Below, piece after piece: positions 37,889-50,935 of a stretch of DNA of 64,000 nucleotides; positions within the stretch are counted from its first letter, which is position 1, and every line of letters starts with the position of its first letter. The stretch lies in the NCBI GenBank assembly GCA_028534125.1, contig CM052816.1, forward strand, positions 62,932,001 to 62,996,000, read 5' to 3'. The notes under the pieces were generated by a model, which made no database searches, was not told the DNA's origin, and was given only the letters and a program-made list of their open reading frames with translations. The DNA is from Lama glama. Taxonomy: Eukaryota. The translations under genes were made by a program, and so were the position numbers.

Positions 37889-40800
37889 AGAGGGAGAGTG
37901 ATGTCATCAAAATGGCAACACAGGCCCTTCCTGATTTAACTCCCCCTCATAAGAACAACTAACAACTATTCATGGACAATACACCACTTAGAGTATCTTA
38001 GAACACATGACAGTGAGGCTGAAGCACCCCACATACCACAGAGACCAGACAGACTGTATTCACATGGTAAGAGGAATGGCTAAACCCTGACTGTGCTGCC
38101 CCTTTCCCAGACCAGGACAGCACCATGCCAAGAGGTCTCCCCTGAGTCTACAGTTCTTCCAGTGGGAAAAGAGCCCAGGGGCGACACCCAGCTCCCCACC
38201 TCAGCCTGGTGGTTCACGTCACAGGAGCCCTTATTCTGGTTTCACCACACAGAGACAGCAGAGGAATATTCAGTGTTCAACCACTTCAAATCTGAGAGAC
38301 TGAGAATCAGGTAGAGGCTTCGAACAACCGGCACTTGAATTATGGCAGATGGAGTTCCTGTCTGAGGAGCTCAAGTTGTAGTCCTAACAAATAGCTTTGA
38401 TCATCTGCAGAACCACGTCAGGGGCAGAGTCTGACCAAGGAACTCAGTGGGGGTACAGGTCCCCCAGATGAGGACTCTTGCCAGTCCTGAAGTGCGCCCT
38501 CCCCGTCCCACCTAGGCAGGAGCCAGAGTTAGAGCCCACCAGTTATAGAGCATGGTCTCCAGCCCCATTTCACAGGAAGGGCTAGGAAGAAATCACTGAC
38601 CTAAAAATTCAGTAGAGAGTTTCAAAAGCAGACTCAATCATTGGAAAAAAAGAATCAGTGACTGCAATTATCCAGTCAGAATCAAAAAGAAAAAGGAATG
38701 AGAAAGAGTGAAGAAAGCCTATGTGACAAATGCCCTCTTGGCTGTGGAGAAAAGGGAACCCTCCTTCACTGCTGGTGGGAATGCAGTTTGGTGCAGCCAC
38801 TGTGGAAAACAGTATGGAGATTCCTCAAAAGACTAGGAATAGACTTACCATATGACCCAGTCATCCCGCTCCTGGGCTTATATCCAGAAGGAACCCTACT
38901 TCAAAATGACACCTGCACCCCAGTGTTCACAGCAGCACTATTTACAATAGCCAAGACATGGAAACAGCCTCAATGTCCATCAACAGATGACTGGATAAAG
39001 AAGAGGTGGTATATTTATACAATGGAATACTACTCAGCCACAAAAACCGACAACATAATGCCATTTGCAGCAACATGGATGCTCCTGGAGAATGTCATTC
39101 TAAATGAAGTAAGCCAGAAAGAGAAAGAAAAATACCATATGAGATCGCTCATATGTAGAATCTTAAAAAACAAAAAGGAATATAAATACAAAACAGAAAC
39201 AGACTCATAGACATAGAATACAAACTTGTGGTTGCAAAGGGAGAGGGGGGTGGGAAGGGGTAGACTGGGATTTCAAAATTTGTAGATACTGACAGGCATA
39301 TGCAGAATAGATAAACAAGATTACACTGTATAGCACAGGGAAATATATACAAGATCTTGTGGTAACTTACTGCGAAAAAAATGTGACAATATATGTATGT
39401 TCATGTATAACTGAAAAATTGTGCTCTACACTGGAATTTGACACAATATTGTAAGATGACTATAACTCAATAGAAAAAAGTTTTTTTAAAAAAGAAAGCC
39501 TATAGGATTCATGGGACACAATGAAAAGTCTCATTATAGGAAATTCACAAGGGGAAGAGAAAGAGATGAAAAACACTTAAAGCAATAATGGCTGACAACT
39601 TCCCAGACATGGGGAGAGGTTAGACGTCCAGATCCAAGAGGTGTAAAGAATCCCAAATAGGTTGAAACCACATAGAGCTACACTTAGAAACATGATAATT
39701 AAACTGTCAAATTTCAAAGACAAAATTTTTTCAAGCAGCAAGAGCTAAGTTTTATATAAGGGAACCCCCATAAGACTATCAGCCACTTTCTCAACAGAAA
39801 GTTTATCAGCCAGAAGAAAATGGTATGGCATATTCAAAATATTAAAGTGTGTCACCAGGAATACTATACCTGGCAAAGTTATCCTTCAGAAATGAAGGGG
39901 ATAAAGACTTTTCCCAAAGAAACAAAATTTGTTTGAGGGAGTTCATCACTAATAGACTGGCCTCACAAGAGATGCTAATGGGAGTTGAGTAGAAATAAAA
40001 GGACCCTAGTTAATATCATAAAAACATAAGGCCATGTAAAACTCACTAGCAATGGTAAATATGGAATCAAAGTAGGTAAATGGTGCATGATTCACATACA
40101 TCTCTAGTTTAAAAGTTAAAAGGAATGTAATAAAAAAATAACCATTACTACATAAATCAGTTATTAGTAACACAATATAGAAACTATGTAAATTTTAACA
40201 TCAATAACCTAAAATGTGAGGGGGAAGAGAAGTAAAATTGTAAGACTTGGAGTTCTACGTAAGTTAACATAGGGTGTTATAGCTGAAGATGTTTTATGTA
40301 AGCCTCATGGTAACCACAAGGGTAAAACCTGTACTAATTACACAGAAGAACATGATAAAAAAAAAATTCACTGTCTTATGGTAACAAGCACACTGTCTTA
40401 TGGTAACAAGACCTCAGAACACACACACACAAACAGCAGGATAAAACAAAAATCAATAGATCAAAAAAACCCAGAAAACAATCACTAAAATGGCAACATA
40501 CATCCTTACTTACCAAAAATTACTTTAACCATAAACAGATTAAATTCCCCAGTTATGAGAAAGAATAGCTTGATGTAAAAATTAGATCCAATGGTATGCT
40601 TCCTAAAATGACTCAATTTAATCTTAAAAAGACATACATAGGCTGAGAGTGAAAGGATAGAAAAAAAAATTTCAAGCAAATGGTAACCAGAAAAAAAAAA
40701 GTAAAGAAAAGAGAAAGCAGGGGTAGCTATAGTCACATCAGACAAAATAAACTTTAAAAATGGTAAAAAGACACAAAGAAGGTTTTACGTAATGGCAAGG
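37889..40800 (+). mobile_element. Older L1 5' half: 5'UTR, internally deleted ORF1, inter-ORF, start of ORF2 endonuclease; 3'-truncated
   Basis: 5' terminus GAGAGTGATGTCATCAAAATGGC; ORF1 motifs (AATAATGGCTGACAACTTCCCAGAC, CCCATAAGACTATCAGC, AGAAATGAAGG); EN motifs (CAAGCAAATGGTAACCAGAAAA, CACATCAGACAAAATA). Confidence 0.85.
38723..39491 (+). mobile_element. Young lineage-specific L1 3' end nested in ORF1 of the older L1
   Basis: Near-identical to ~20670-21420. ORF 38698-39210 has the ORF2 zinc knuckle ([15 protein letters not shown]). 12-bp TSD AAGAAAGCCTAT (38711-38722, 39492-39503). Confidence 0.96.
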
Positions 40801-42029
40801 ATCTGAGCAAGTCAGATACTTGTTGGCAGTAGTTTTACTGAAATCCCCTGCCTCCTTTACTATTCTCCTTCCATCCTAGGAGTTTTCAAGCTTAGCCCCT
40901 ACTCCATAGTCTTTCTTGCTTTTCCAGAAACACAGTAATGGGAATTTATATGGTATGTTAGTACCTTTGGACCATCTTCTCATATAGTATGTCATTTAAC
41001 ATTATTTAATTCTATTTCAAGAATTGAGAACCTCCTATGTCCTCATCCCCACATTCTTTCCTTCCATGACCACCACCATTCCTGACCTCTGGTACCAAAC
41101 ACAATGCTACTGAGCTCACTGTGCCCAGAAATCACCGCCAGTCTTTGACTGGAACGCAGAAGCAACAGGAGGCTCCTGGAACGGTCACTGGCTGCCTATC
41201 CGAAGAGCATCCTAAGGCTGTTGGGCTTGGTGGCCTTAGTTTCACTTCAAGTGAGCAGGATCTTCTAACAAGCATATTTATGAAATCTTTCAACAGCATC
41301 CAGTGAACAAGCCAGAAAGTTGCTAACAATTCCTAAAGCAAACAGTTGAAGGTGGGAATTTTCTATTGCTGGGCAAAGACCTCGATGTTATTTTTAAAGT
41401 GCCCATAGCCATTACACTATGGATATCAAGGAAAAAAAAGCAGGCTTTCTGAGAAAAATTATGTCCCCTAACTGTGGAGACAGCAAAATGAATGCTTTCA
41501 AAAATTATTATTAAGAAGCTTGTCATGATTTTTGCCAGCCTTATTGTATTCATAACCTTTGAAAAGGAGATTAGGTTTTGCTACCTAATTATTGTTTTGT
41601 TTTTTTTAATATGCAATTTTCAGGCTGTAAGTAATCACACCGAAGCATGAGGGATGGAAATCTGAATATATAGGTAAATACAGGATTCAAGTGTCAAATC
41701 CTACCCTTGAATGAAAAAAAAAAGTAAATATTTTTCATTGTGTTAAAAGGACATAAAAATATAATTAGTTTTGATATATTATTTATTTAGATGAATGCAA
41801 AGCCTTCTGACAGGTGGTTTAGAGACCAGGATACAAAATGAAGCAATTAAAAAATAAAGTCAGAGTTGGTGAAATAAATGTTAGATATTGAAACTGATAG
41901 ACATGGAAAAAAACAAGAAAATACAGACTTCTAAGTGAAGAGACTTGTATGAGAAAGCACAGAATAAATGAGAATTAGAAATTTTGTCTCAGATATTTTA
42001 TTACTTTATCCATCCATTCTTTCTACAAA

Positions 42030-42230
42030 TCGTTATTATCTGCTGTGTGACAGTCCCTATGCAAAGTGCTTTTCATGTATTTCCTATGAAATTTAATCCA
42101 CCCAATCAACTCATGAGGTTGGCACAATTAGTATTCCTTGTTTAGAGATGAGAAAATGTAATGTTAGAGAGGATAAATTGCCTAAGATTACCAAGCTAAT
42201 AAATCAGAAAGCCAGGTTTTGAACCTAAAA
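42030..42230 (-). mobile_element. MIR SINE
   Basis: TTTAGAGATGAGAAAATG..AGAGAGGATAAATTGCCTAAGAT..AGCCAGG..TTGAACC. Confidence 0.65.
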
Positions 42231-42479
42231 CAAATAGGTTTAACTAACAAGTTGACTATCATTAGAGAAGACATTGTAGGACAACCACTGAAGACAAATG
42301 GCAATGCTGGGAAGACTACTTCAGTTTGAATACAGACGTACCATGCTGAAAATATATTTACAGACCACTACTCAGAGGTTAGAGAAGGCAGTGGGCATTT
42401 ATTAATTTTTTGCCCTCTCAGAAATGTACTTCTGTATTTTGATTTTTTTTTTCACTACTCGTTACCCACTGACAGGCTC

Positions 42480-42872
42480 TGATGAAAGCCCAATTCCAGT
42501 ACTCTACCCCAGTTACAGGAATTTCCCTGTAGATGGTGTCTTGATCAAGGAAGAGTCCGTCACAACGCCGAGGTCATTTTCTGACTAACACTGGCAGGAA
42601 AGAGTCTCTTTTCTCTTAGCTCACTAGACTGGAGGAATGTGAATATGGCGCAGCCTGAGATCACTTCTCTTAGCAAAAGTCTGTGTGTAAAAAGGGAGAA
42701 TGGAGCCACAGAGAGAGAGAATTTGAGCTGGAAAAGAGATTTGACAGCCCGCAAATCCTCAGTTGTCCCTGAGGCAAATTTCACCCCTCTCCTTTCTTAC
42801 TAGGTTAGTTACATATGCCAACGAACTTTGCTTTTTGACTTAAGCTAACTCACTTAGAGTCCTAAAGAATAT
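42480..42872 (+). mobile_element. Old MaLR LTR (MLT1J/K-like)
   Basis: GAGAATGGAGCCACAGAGAG..CAGTTGTCCCTGAGGC..AGTTACAT..GCTTTTTGACTTAAGCTA..AGAGTCCTAA. Confidence 0.55.
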
Positions 42873-43529
42873 ACTTTGACTCAGCAGGAGGTTTGTATAT
42901 CTACAGAGATTCAAGACACTGTAGAAACATGCTAGCAAAGTAACAGTGTAAATGGAAAGCAAGTTCTGAGAGACATCATAGATAAAGTATTCACAGAACT
43001 TCAGAACAGGGTGGAGAAGAACAGAGATTCCAAATCTAAGAGAGAAGCAAGATCATCAGTTAGGACATGGTACCACTGTCTAATTGATTATACTGTGGTA
43101 GATAAAAAGACATCAGCTGAATTTTGCTCTGTACCTAGTACACACATCAACCCTCTGAGCAGATACTAACTCCTTGACTAAGTACTGCACAACTGGCCCC
43201 AACCATTCTCCAGATCACCATATTTGTATAAAATTTTACAATTCCTTGCACATTCCTACCACTACCACCTTGCCATACAATTCTTTATAAACGTGTTCTC
43301 TTTCTTCATGGTCCCGCCTCTAGAGCTTCAAGGCAAAGTCAAAATCTGTAAGTTCTACAGAACTTTCTCTAAATGCTTCTAGGCATCCTCTTTATCAGAT
43401 ATTCATATTCATCTCAAATCTGTCTGGGGCTTCAAAGGTACTACTTTGCATTGCTCTTTTTCTTGCTATTTGTAAATCCAGACACACCTAACAAATTGAA
43501 GAGCTATCTACTTTTTAAGCCTTAGGACC

Positions 43530-43589
43530 TTAATTAATTATATATATATAATTATATATATATATATATATATAATTATATATATATAT
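43530..43589. repeat. Interrupted (AT)n microsatellite
   Basis: TATA runs punctuated by TAATTA. Confidence 0.95.
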
Positions 43590-43971
43590 GTTTGTTAATA
43601 ACAAATATTATAAAGCAGAAAATGAGTTCTAGTAATTACGGTCACAAGCAAAGAATCTTTACATATCCATAGCACATAATGTGTTTTAATTAATGATACA
43701 TTACTATTTCACTGGTGACTATAATTACTATGGGTTAATATGTACTTACATGTATTATGTATCATGTGCATGTCTTTTCAGACACATTTCAAATAGTTTA
43801 TAAACTAAAGCATACCCTGGACAAAGACCAAAGCCTTAGTAGAAACATCCTGCTAAAATTACTTGTACTTCATTTCTATTTTTCTCATTTTATAAAAATA
43901 AAAATCCCCTTTGTATTAAAGGCAGTTCTGTAGTTCCATGATATTCAGGGGGGCATGTATTCTTCCTTATA

Positions 43972-44195
43972 TGAGACTCAGGTTAATAATTGAGGCTTGA
44001 GCTCTGCCACTTCCTCGCTGTATGACCCTGGACAAATTATTCTCTCCTTACCTCAGTTTTCTTCTCAGTGAAGCTCAGATGTTAACAGCTCCTTCCTCAT
44101 AAGAACTTTGTGAAGATTCAATAAGTTAATACATGTAAAGCCATGAAAAAACTATACAGCAAATGGGAGACCTCAATCAAATTTCATCAACAATA
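43972..44195 (+). mobile_element. MIR SINE
   Basis: GCTCTGCCACTTCCTCGCTGTATGACCCTGGACAAATTA..CCTCAGTTTTCTTC..GTTAATACATGTAAAGC. Confidence 0.78.
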
Positions 44196-45172
44196 TTTCA
44201 TCATCATCCTCCTCCTCCTTCTCCTCCTCCTCCTCTAGAAGTACCAGAACTTAACAAAAACTCCTGGTTCATATACAGAAAGTTACTGTTTAAATAGGTA
44301 CTATATTTAAAACAATGGGCAAGAATTGAAAAAATGTTTTTCTACGGAAAATGAGTTTTTAGGATATGTAACTTTTTTACCACTACAAAGTCAAACATTC
44401 TGAGCTGAGAGATTTATGCAGATGTCCCCGAGCAGTAAAGTATAGGCCTTTCTTGTGACCTGAAGTGCTGTGCTAAAAATGCTGCTCCTCTGAATTTTTC
44501 TCACGTAGGAGCCCTGGAGAATTTTTCTATTTGCAACTTACTTTCGCATCATTACTGCTGCTTTCATAAATGAAGGATTAAACTTAGAACAAACCCTTAC
44601 TTAAATTGGCTTTATATGTCATGTTCTTAGTGCTGCAATCAAAAAGAAAACCTGAGTTTCTGTGTGTCAAGGTGCCATTTTAAAAATGCCCAAAACTTAA
44701 TTAACAGAAGGTAAGTTAATACAAAGATAGAGGCTTACCTTTTTCATTAAGATAATGTCATTTGTTGTCAGAATTTTTTTAAGTCACGTAGTTTAATTAA
44801 TTACAATTAGACTCTGCCTGCTCATTTAGATAGCAAGTTTCCACTTTGTCATTTTCAGTGTTTGAAAAATAATTTCATCCTGAAACAGTCTCGGGACTTT
44901 CTCTAAACAATCTCCTCTCTCTCTCATCCTCCAATAAGGAATACTTGCTTATTTTATAAATTTTGGGAAATTCTGAAAAATATATCTTAATTTAATTCTT
45001 AAATTGTATCCAATCCAAAAAAATATGTATTTTGGTAGGGAAAAAGTTCATAAATTACAAAGTAATTAATATAAAAATTTAAATGTTACATAACATTTAA
45101 ATGTTACAAGTATAGTAAGTAGTCAGCTAACATTTTTATGCATTTGCTTACGCATGTCCATACATAAATGTG

Positions 45173-45273
45173 TTCTCAAGTAGTAGGACAATATTGCTCT
45201 TTTATATTCTGCCTTTTCAGTTTTCTCAAGTAGTAGGACAATATTGCTCTTTTATATTCTGCCTTTTCAGTTT
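45173..45273 (+). repeat. Perfect 50-bp tandem duplication
   Basis: 45173-45222 equals 45223-45272. Confidence 0.98.
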
Positions 45274-45589
45274 AACAGATAGCATGCACAACTTCCCATG
45301 TCATCAAATTCTCATTAAGGCAACTTTTCAAAAAGTGTGTTTTGTGAAATACGTATTACTTGAAAAACAGATTCTGTAGTCAAATGCATCTGAGATACCA
45401 GGTTAAATGAGATTAGCCAGACAAACTCCAAGAAATGAAATTAATGAATAAATGGCATGATGGTCTTTTAAGCCTCTTGATCAGCGGTAATTATCCTCTA
45501 ATATTTGTAATTAATTTACATTTACACCAAAAAGACTGAAAATGCTTATTGCTACAAGCATTTACTGACACCAAGCATTATCACAGTTT

Positions 45590-47035
45590 TTATAAATATT
45601 TGAAATAGGTCAACTTAAACAACAGAGTAAGAATGATCCAAAGGAAATAAAGAGGTTAAATTAAGTGCTATCTGAGGACAACATGATGGTATACTGAGAA
45701 AATTCAAAAGAATCAGTAATAAATCAATTCAAACAATGAAAGAATTCAGTGAAATAGCAGGGTAAAAATGTACATCTGAAGTTCAATAGCCCTCATATAT
45801 ACAAACAATAGCCATAATGACAGAGTAAGCCCATACGTAAGAGCAGCACAGAAGATTATATACCTAGCAATAAGTTGTACAAGAAATATGCAAAACTAAG
45901 GAAAATGTAAAAAGATCCTGAAAGACTAAAGTAGACTTAAACAAACTTGAAGATACTCCTTATTCTTGGATAGGACAGTTCAACATTAAAGATGTCAATT
46001 GTTCCTCAGTTAATTTTGAAGGCAGTGCAATCCCAATGAAAACATTAGCAAATTATTTTATGGAGTTAGAGAAGTTGATTCTAGATTTCCTATGTAAAAA
46101 CAAACATTCAAAAATAACCGTGAAAACACTAAAAAAAAAAAAAGTGAAACTACAGAGATTTATTAGCCCTACTATAAAAATAGCCTAATAATTAAATGGT
46201 GTTGTAATGATATGAATAGACAAACGAGTCAATAGAATACATTGCCCAAAATTAGACTCAAATTCATATACAAATTTAACATATGACAAAGGTAATATCA
46301 AAAATCAATGGGGTAAAGGTAAGATTTTTAATTCATGGTCTTGAGAAAACTGAAGAACTCTTATAAATTGAAAGACAAATTCCCCCAAATGGGGAAAAGC
46401 CATGAACAGACAATTTACAAAAAAAAAAAAAGATAAAGGTGGCCCTCCAGTAAAAAAAATTTAAATTCACTCAGAATTTTAAAAATACACATTAAGTAAC
46501 ACATACTGTATCTTTCTATCACACTGGCAAAAATTTCAAAAATATAATACGTTACGTTGGTGAGGTTATGGGGAAACAGACACTATCATGTGTTGCTGAT
46601 GAGAAAGCAAATTGGTATAACCCTGCTGGTTAGAAATCTGGCCGTATCTAATATAATTATTAATTAACCTTTTTGTCTTAGAAACCTAATTACTTCCAAT
46701 GATACAAAAATGCACATGCATAGGGTTATTTATTACAGCAGTGTTTATAACTGCAAAAAGAACTGGAAACAACCTACATGCCTATGTATAAGAGTGTTGG
46801 AATTCAGTATGTATAACCACACAATGGAATAATACTTGGCTTTATGGGAAAAAAATAAGAAAGAATATATCTGTGAACTGAAATGGAGTGATTTTTAGAC
46901 ATATTGTTAAGTGAAAAAATTATTGCCTACATGAGTATGCTACCCTTCACATAAATAAGGACATATGAAAATACATGTGTATCTGCCCATGTGCAAAAGA
47001 AATATGTCAAGTACATACACACAAGGTTATCATGG
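45590..47035 (+). mobile_element. Old L1 ORF2/3' fragment (L1MC-like)
   Basis: GAATTCAGTGAAATAGCAGG, TTCTTGGATAGGA, TGCAATCCCAAT, TATGACAAAGGT, AACTGGAAACAACCT. Confidence 0.8.
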
Positions 47036-48569
47036 TCATGACCCCATTCACCACTGAAAAAAAAAAAAAAACCACATTCCACTACCACGGGCAGTTATTT
47101 CAGGCCAAATTACATCTTAAATATGGCAGTACTAAGTGTTGCCCAACTACAGAACAAGACACCCAATGGATTTACCACTGAAGCAGATTAACAGAGAAAA
47201 TCCTGGTTTTAGCTTCACCAGCATGCCAAAAAAAAATCAGTACCCCTTTTACAGAACCCATGATATGATCTTAAAACAAACAAGAAGAAATCTAACAAGA
47301 AGTTAATTTTGCCAGTACACATTTAACACATTTGGAGAAGAAAGTCAACCATACTGCCTTCTTCAGGCCATGGAATCTCAAACATTCCGGACTTCTTTCC
47401 AACTGTAGACATTTGCAAAAGTAGTGGGCCCATACTGGATCTTATTTGAGGTGCTGTTCTTTGATAGAGAACAGACTTACAACTTCTCAATTTCTATCTC
47501 GCCTTTGGGTTCTGTAAACTGAATATGGGCTTTACTCAGTTGACATGGTGTTCAGGCTTTTGGGTAGTTTGTGCTGCAGTGGCTGTTTCTACCATCTCTT
47601 GCTATGAACGGTTTAGTCCTGACAAACCTACTTTCTAGAGACATTCTCTCACTCAGACATAATTGGCTAGCTTTGAGCCAACCTGAGACCATGTTTCCGG
47701 GGGAAGACAGCATCTCTTGCGAGTGTAGAGCAAGCTCCATGTATCCCAAGTTAGTACTTCCACAGTTATTTCCCAGGCCAAGTGCGTAACAGTTTAGGGT
47801 GACCACCTGGCACTGCCAGCCTAGAGCCAGAAAGTTAAAGCATCTAACTTCTCTGTGTTACACTTGGAGCTAAGAAAACTTAGCAAATAAAAGCAGCAAA
47901 TAACATTCCCTCCAAAGTGTAAAGGACCTCTATACACAAAGATAGTTTCTCTAGAGTTGATAGTTTTGCTTTAGCCAAGCCTGCTGGGAAATAGGTCAAA
48001 CTAGTCTGACCTCCTGCTTGTGATTTTGCTAAGCACCGTGCACCCCAGGGTGAAACCTGAGGCTCCCCTCTGCTCATATCCAACTAAAGTTCCCACACAC
48101 CTTAGCTTTGTTGAGGTCCCCAGGGCCCCATGCATTTCCTGAAGCCCAGAAAGACTTTCATCTCTCCTGAGACATGTGTGGCTAAGTATATTCCCTGAGG
48201 CTGTGAGCTGGAGCCACTCACCTAGATTTTGTATTATTGTGACTGTATCTGTTGCCTGCAACTCGTGGCAGCTTTTGTACACAGACAAGTGCCTGTTTTC
48301 CTCCCATGAAAACCTGTACTCTGTTTTCCTCCTCTTGAATCTGGGCTGGCCTCTGATTGTTTTAGTGTCCATAGGCCTCAGTGAAGAGGTCTACTTTTCT
48401 ATACGTGTACATATATATTTTCTTACATGGTATAGTCATAGATCAGAGAACTGCTTGGCCATCTGCCAAGTACTTCCTTCATATAGGCAAAAAAATTTAT
48501 TTTACTGTGTGTGTTACTGACATATATGTTATCAGCTAGCCCATCTGGTCTAATATACTGATCAATCTA

Positions 48570-49860
48570 GGCTGTCATTTTTATAGACATGAAAGTAGAA
48601 AATAACCCCACAATAAAGAAGAATCAGCACCCTGAATTAAAAACCCATATTGAGTATTTAGAAAGATTTGACTGAAAAGCAAGGGATAATTTTTTGAAAA
48701 CTCTAAATTTATAGTTTCAGTGAAAATTAAAAGGATAACTTATCAGTAATAAGGGTAAGCTATTAGGAAAAGAGCATAGTTGTAGAAAAAGAAAAATTTC
48801 TTAGGATGTTAAACAAAATAACTACCCCCCAAATAATTAAAGATCTAAAATAATAAAATATTTTAATAGTTCAGAAGGGCATTTAAGCAGAAACATTACT
48901 ACAGATAAAATAATCAGTTTACCAGGAATATATAATAGCTCTAAACTGGTATGCATATGGGAACTTCAATAGGCTTCAACATATATACCCAAGAATAATA
49001 ATCCATATCATATACAAAGAATTCCTATGAATAAATAAGATAATCTAATAGAAAATGGAACAAATACATGGATGGATTTTCACTGAAGAGGAAATATAAA
49101 TGGAAAATAAACATGAAAAAATGCTTCATCTTCTTAATGATCGGGAAAGAAAAAATTGAAGGAAATTCATCACACCCACATTCATAGCAAAATAAAGTCT
49201 GAAAATATAAAAATTATCAAGCAACAATGTGGAGCAATGAGAATACTCAAAACTACTGGCAGAACTGTGTATTAGTTTAACTAATATAGAACTTTTGAAA
49301 GTAATATAGCATTACTTTCTAAAAATGGAGATGTATCTTATAAGCTAGCAATTGTTCTCAGGTGTACTGTATATGCATTAATAGATGTAAGTTACATATA
49401 GAATCATTGCTTGTAATTATAAAAACAGGAAACAACACAACTGCTCATCAATAATGAACAGATAAGTGAGTTGTAAAATTATTTATATATTTGAACACAC
49501 CCAACAGTGAAACAAACCACAGCAACTGTCGAAAATATAATGTGGAAAAGTGAGGTTGGTAAGTAGTAGATGAGGACTGTCCCTGTTATAACAAAACAGG
49601 CAAAATTAAACCACTACATGCAAATTCACATACACTCATGCACACAGACACACAAGCGTGTGTGCAAAAAGCAAGCACTGTAGTTAAAACAAAATTCAGA
49701 ATATTGGTTTCCTCTAGGGATGAAGGATACAGAATATGTTTGGGAAAGGGCACATAGGATACTTCAAAGTTACTGGTAATGTTTTAATATTTAAGGTAAA
49801 TGATGGAAATGTGGGTGATTGTTGGTTAAAATCAATTAACATATTATGCATATAATTTAT
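48570..49860 (+). mobile_element. Old L1 fragments (L1ME-like, EN and 3' end)
   Basis: CACTGAAGAGGAAAT..AAACATGAAAAAATGCTTCA, TGTGGAGCAATGAGAA, GGTAATGTTTTA. Confidence 0.6.
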
Positions 49861-50029
49861 ATGTATATATATATTTATATATATATTTTTATGCAGGTTG
49901 CTTTATGTGTATAATACCCTCCAAAAAATACCAAAACACCTAAAAATACTAAGTAATGCCTAAACATCAAGACCTGCTGCTGACTTTTACTAGTATATAC
50001 CAACAAAAGTAACCACTGGTACTTAAGAG

Positions 50030-50935
50030 GGAATACAGGTCCCTAAAATCTACGAGAGACCCAGGAAAACAAGGAGCCTCCACAATCAAAAGAAACTTAC
50101 CAGTCAACTCATCTTTTAGGCACACACACTTCCTTCCTCAAAGTCACCATGTACAGTACATGATAATCACCACTTGCCATCAGCCAAGAAAAACCCAAAT
50201 GTAAAGAAAGATTCAAAAGCAAAAGCATGTTTAGATAACCAAGATTCACCAAACATTTGAGGAAAAGCAGCACCTCAAAAGAACTAAAACTATACATCAA
50301 TAAAATTAATACCTGAAAAGGCAGTGGTAAAGAAAGAGATTTTGAAATAACTATAATTAATATTCTCTGTGAAAATATTCATGACAATCTGTAGTAAGAA
50401 AAATCTTAGACATGTTAATATTATTTTTATGTAAAATATAATATTTGGGTTGAATATAAGAATGTTAAAACATGGAAAACAAATTTGTTAGCTAGAAGTT
50501 CAAGCCAGTGGTTTCTCCCAAAATGCAAAGACAAACAGATTAAAATGTATGTGATAAAGGTTGAAAGAACAAAGACACAGTCTATTTCTGAGATTTGTTA
50601 AGAGAACAAACAATATATTAAAGTAAATGAATAAATATTAGAATATTTTAGAGATAATTAAAACTCTAGTATTCAGATTGAAAAGGCTCACCGCATGCAG
50701 AGCAGGATGAAGGAGAAAGCATAATTACCCTATACAGGTGAAATTTAAGATGCTGAGAATATAAAGAAAATTTAATCTTTTTCAGATAAGGATATAGGTT
50801 AGTTACATAGAGCTACAGGAATTGCATTGACATCAAACTACCTGTAGCCAACTCTAGATTATGGAAAAATAGGTAAATAAGTTAAAAGTATTGAAGTAAA
50901 ATTATTTTGGACTTAGATTGTTATGCCTATGTATT
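50030..50935 (+). mobile_element. Old L1/HAL1 ORF1-like fragment
   Basis: CACCAAACATTTGAGGAAA, TTCAGATTGAAAAGGCTCACC, ATTGACATCAAACT..CAACTCTAGA. Confidence 0.5.

Noticed and set aside
38698..39210. 170-aa ORF as a functional gene
   Set aside because: It is the ORF2 C-terminus of a 5'-truncated young L1, fused by chance to a few host ORF1 codons. Openness reflects youth.
24271..45273. Tandem repeats as a CRISPR-like array
   Set aside because: Only two head-to-tail copies each, no spacers, eukaryotic context and no cas genes.
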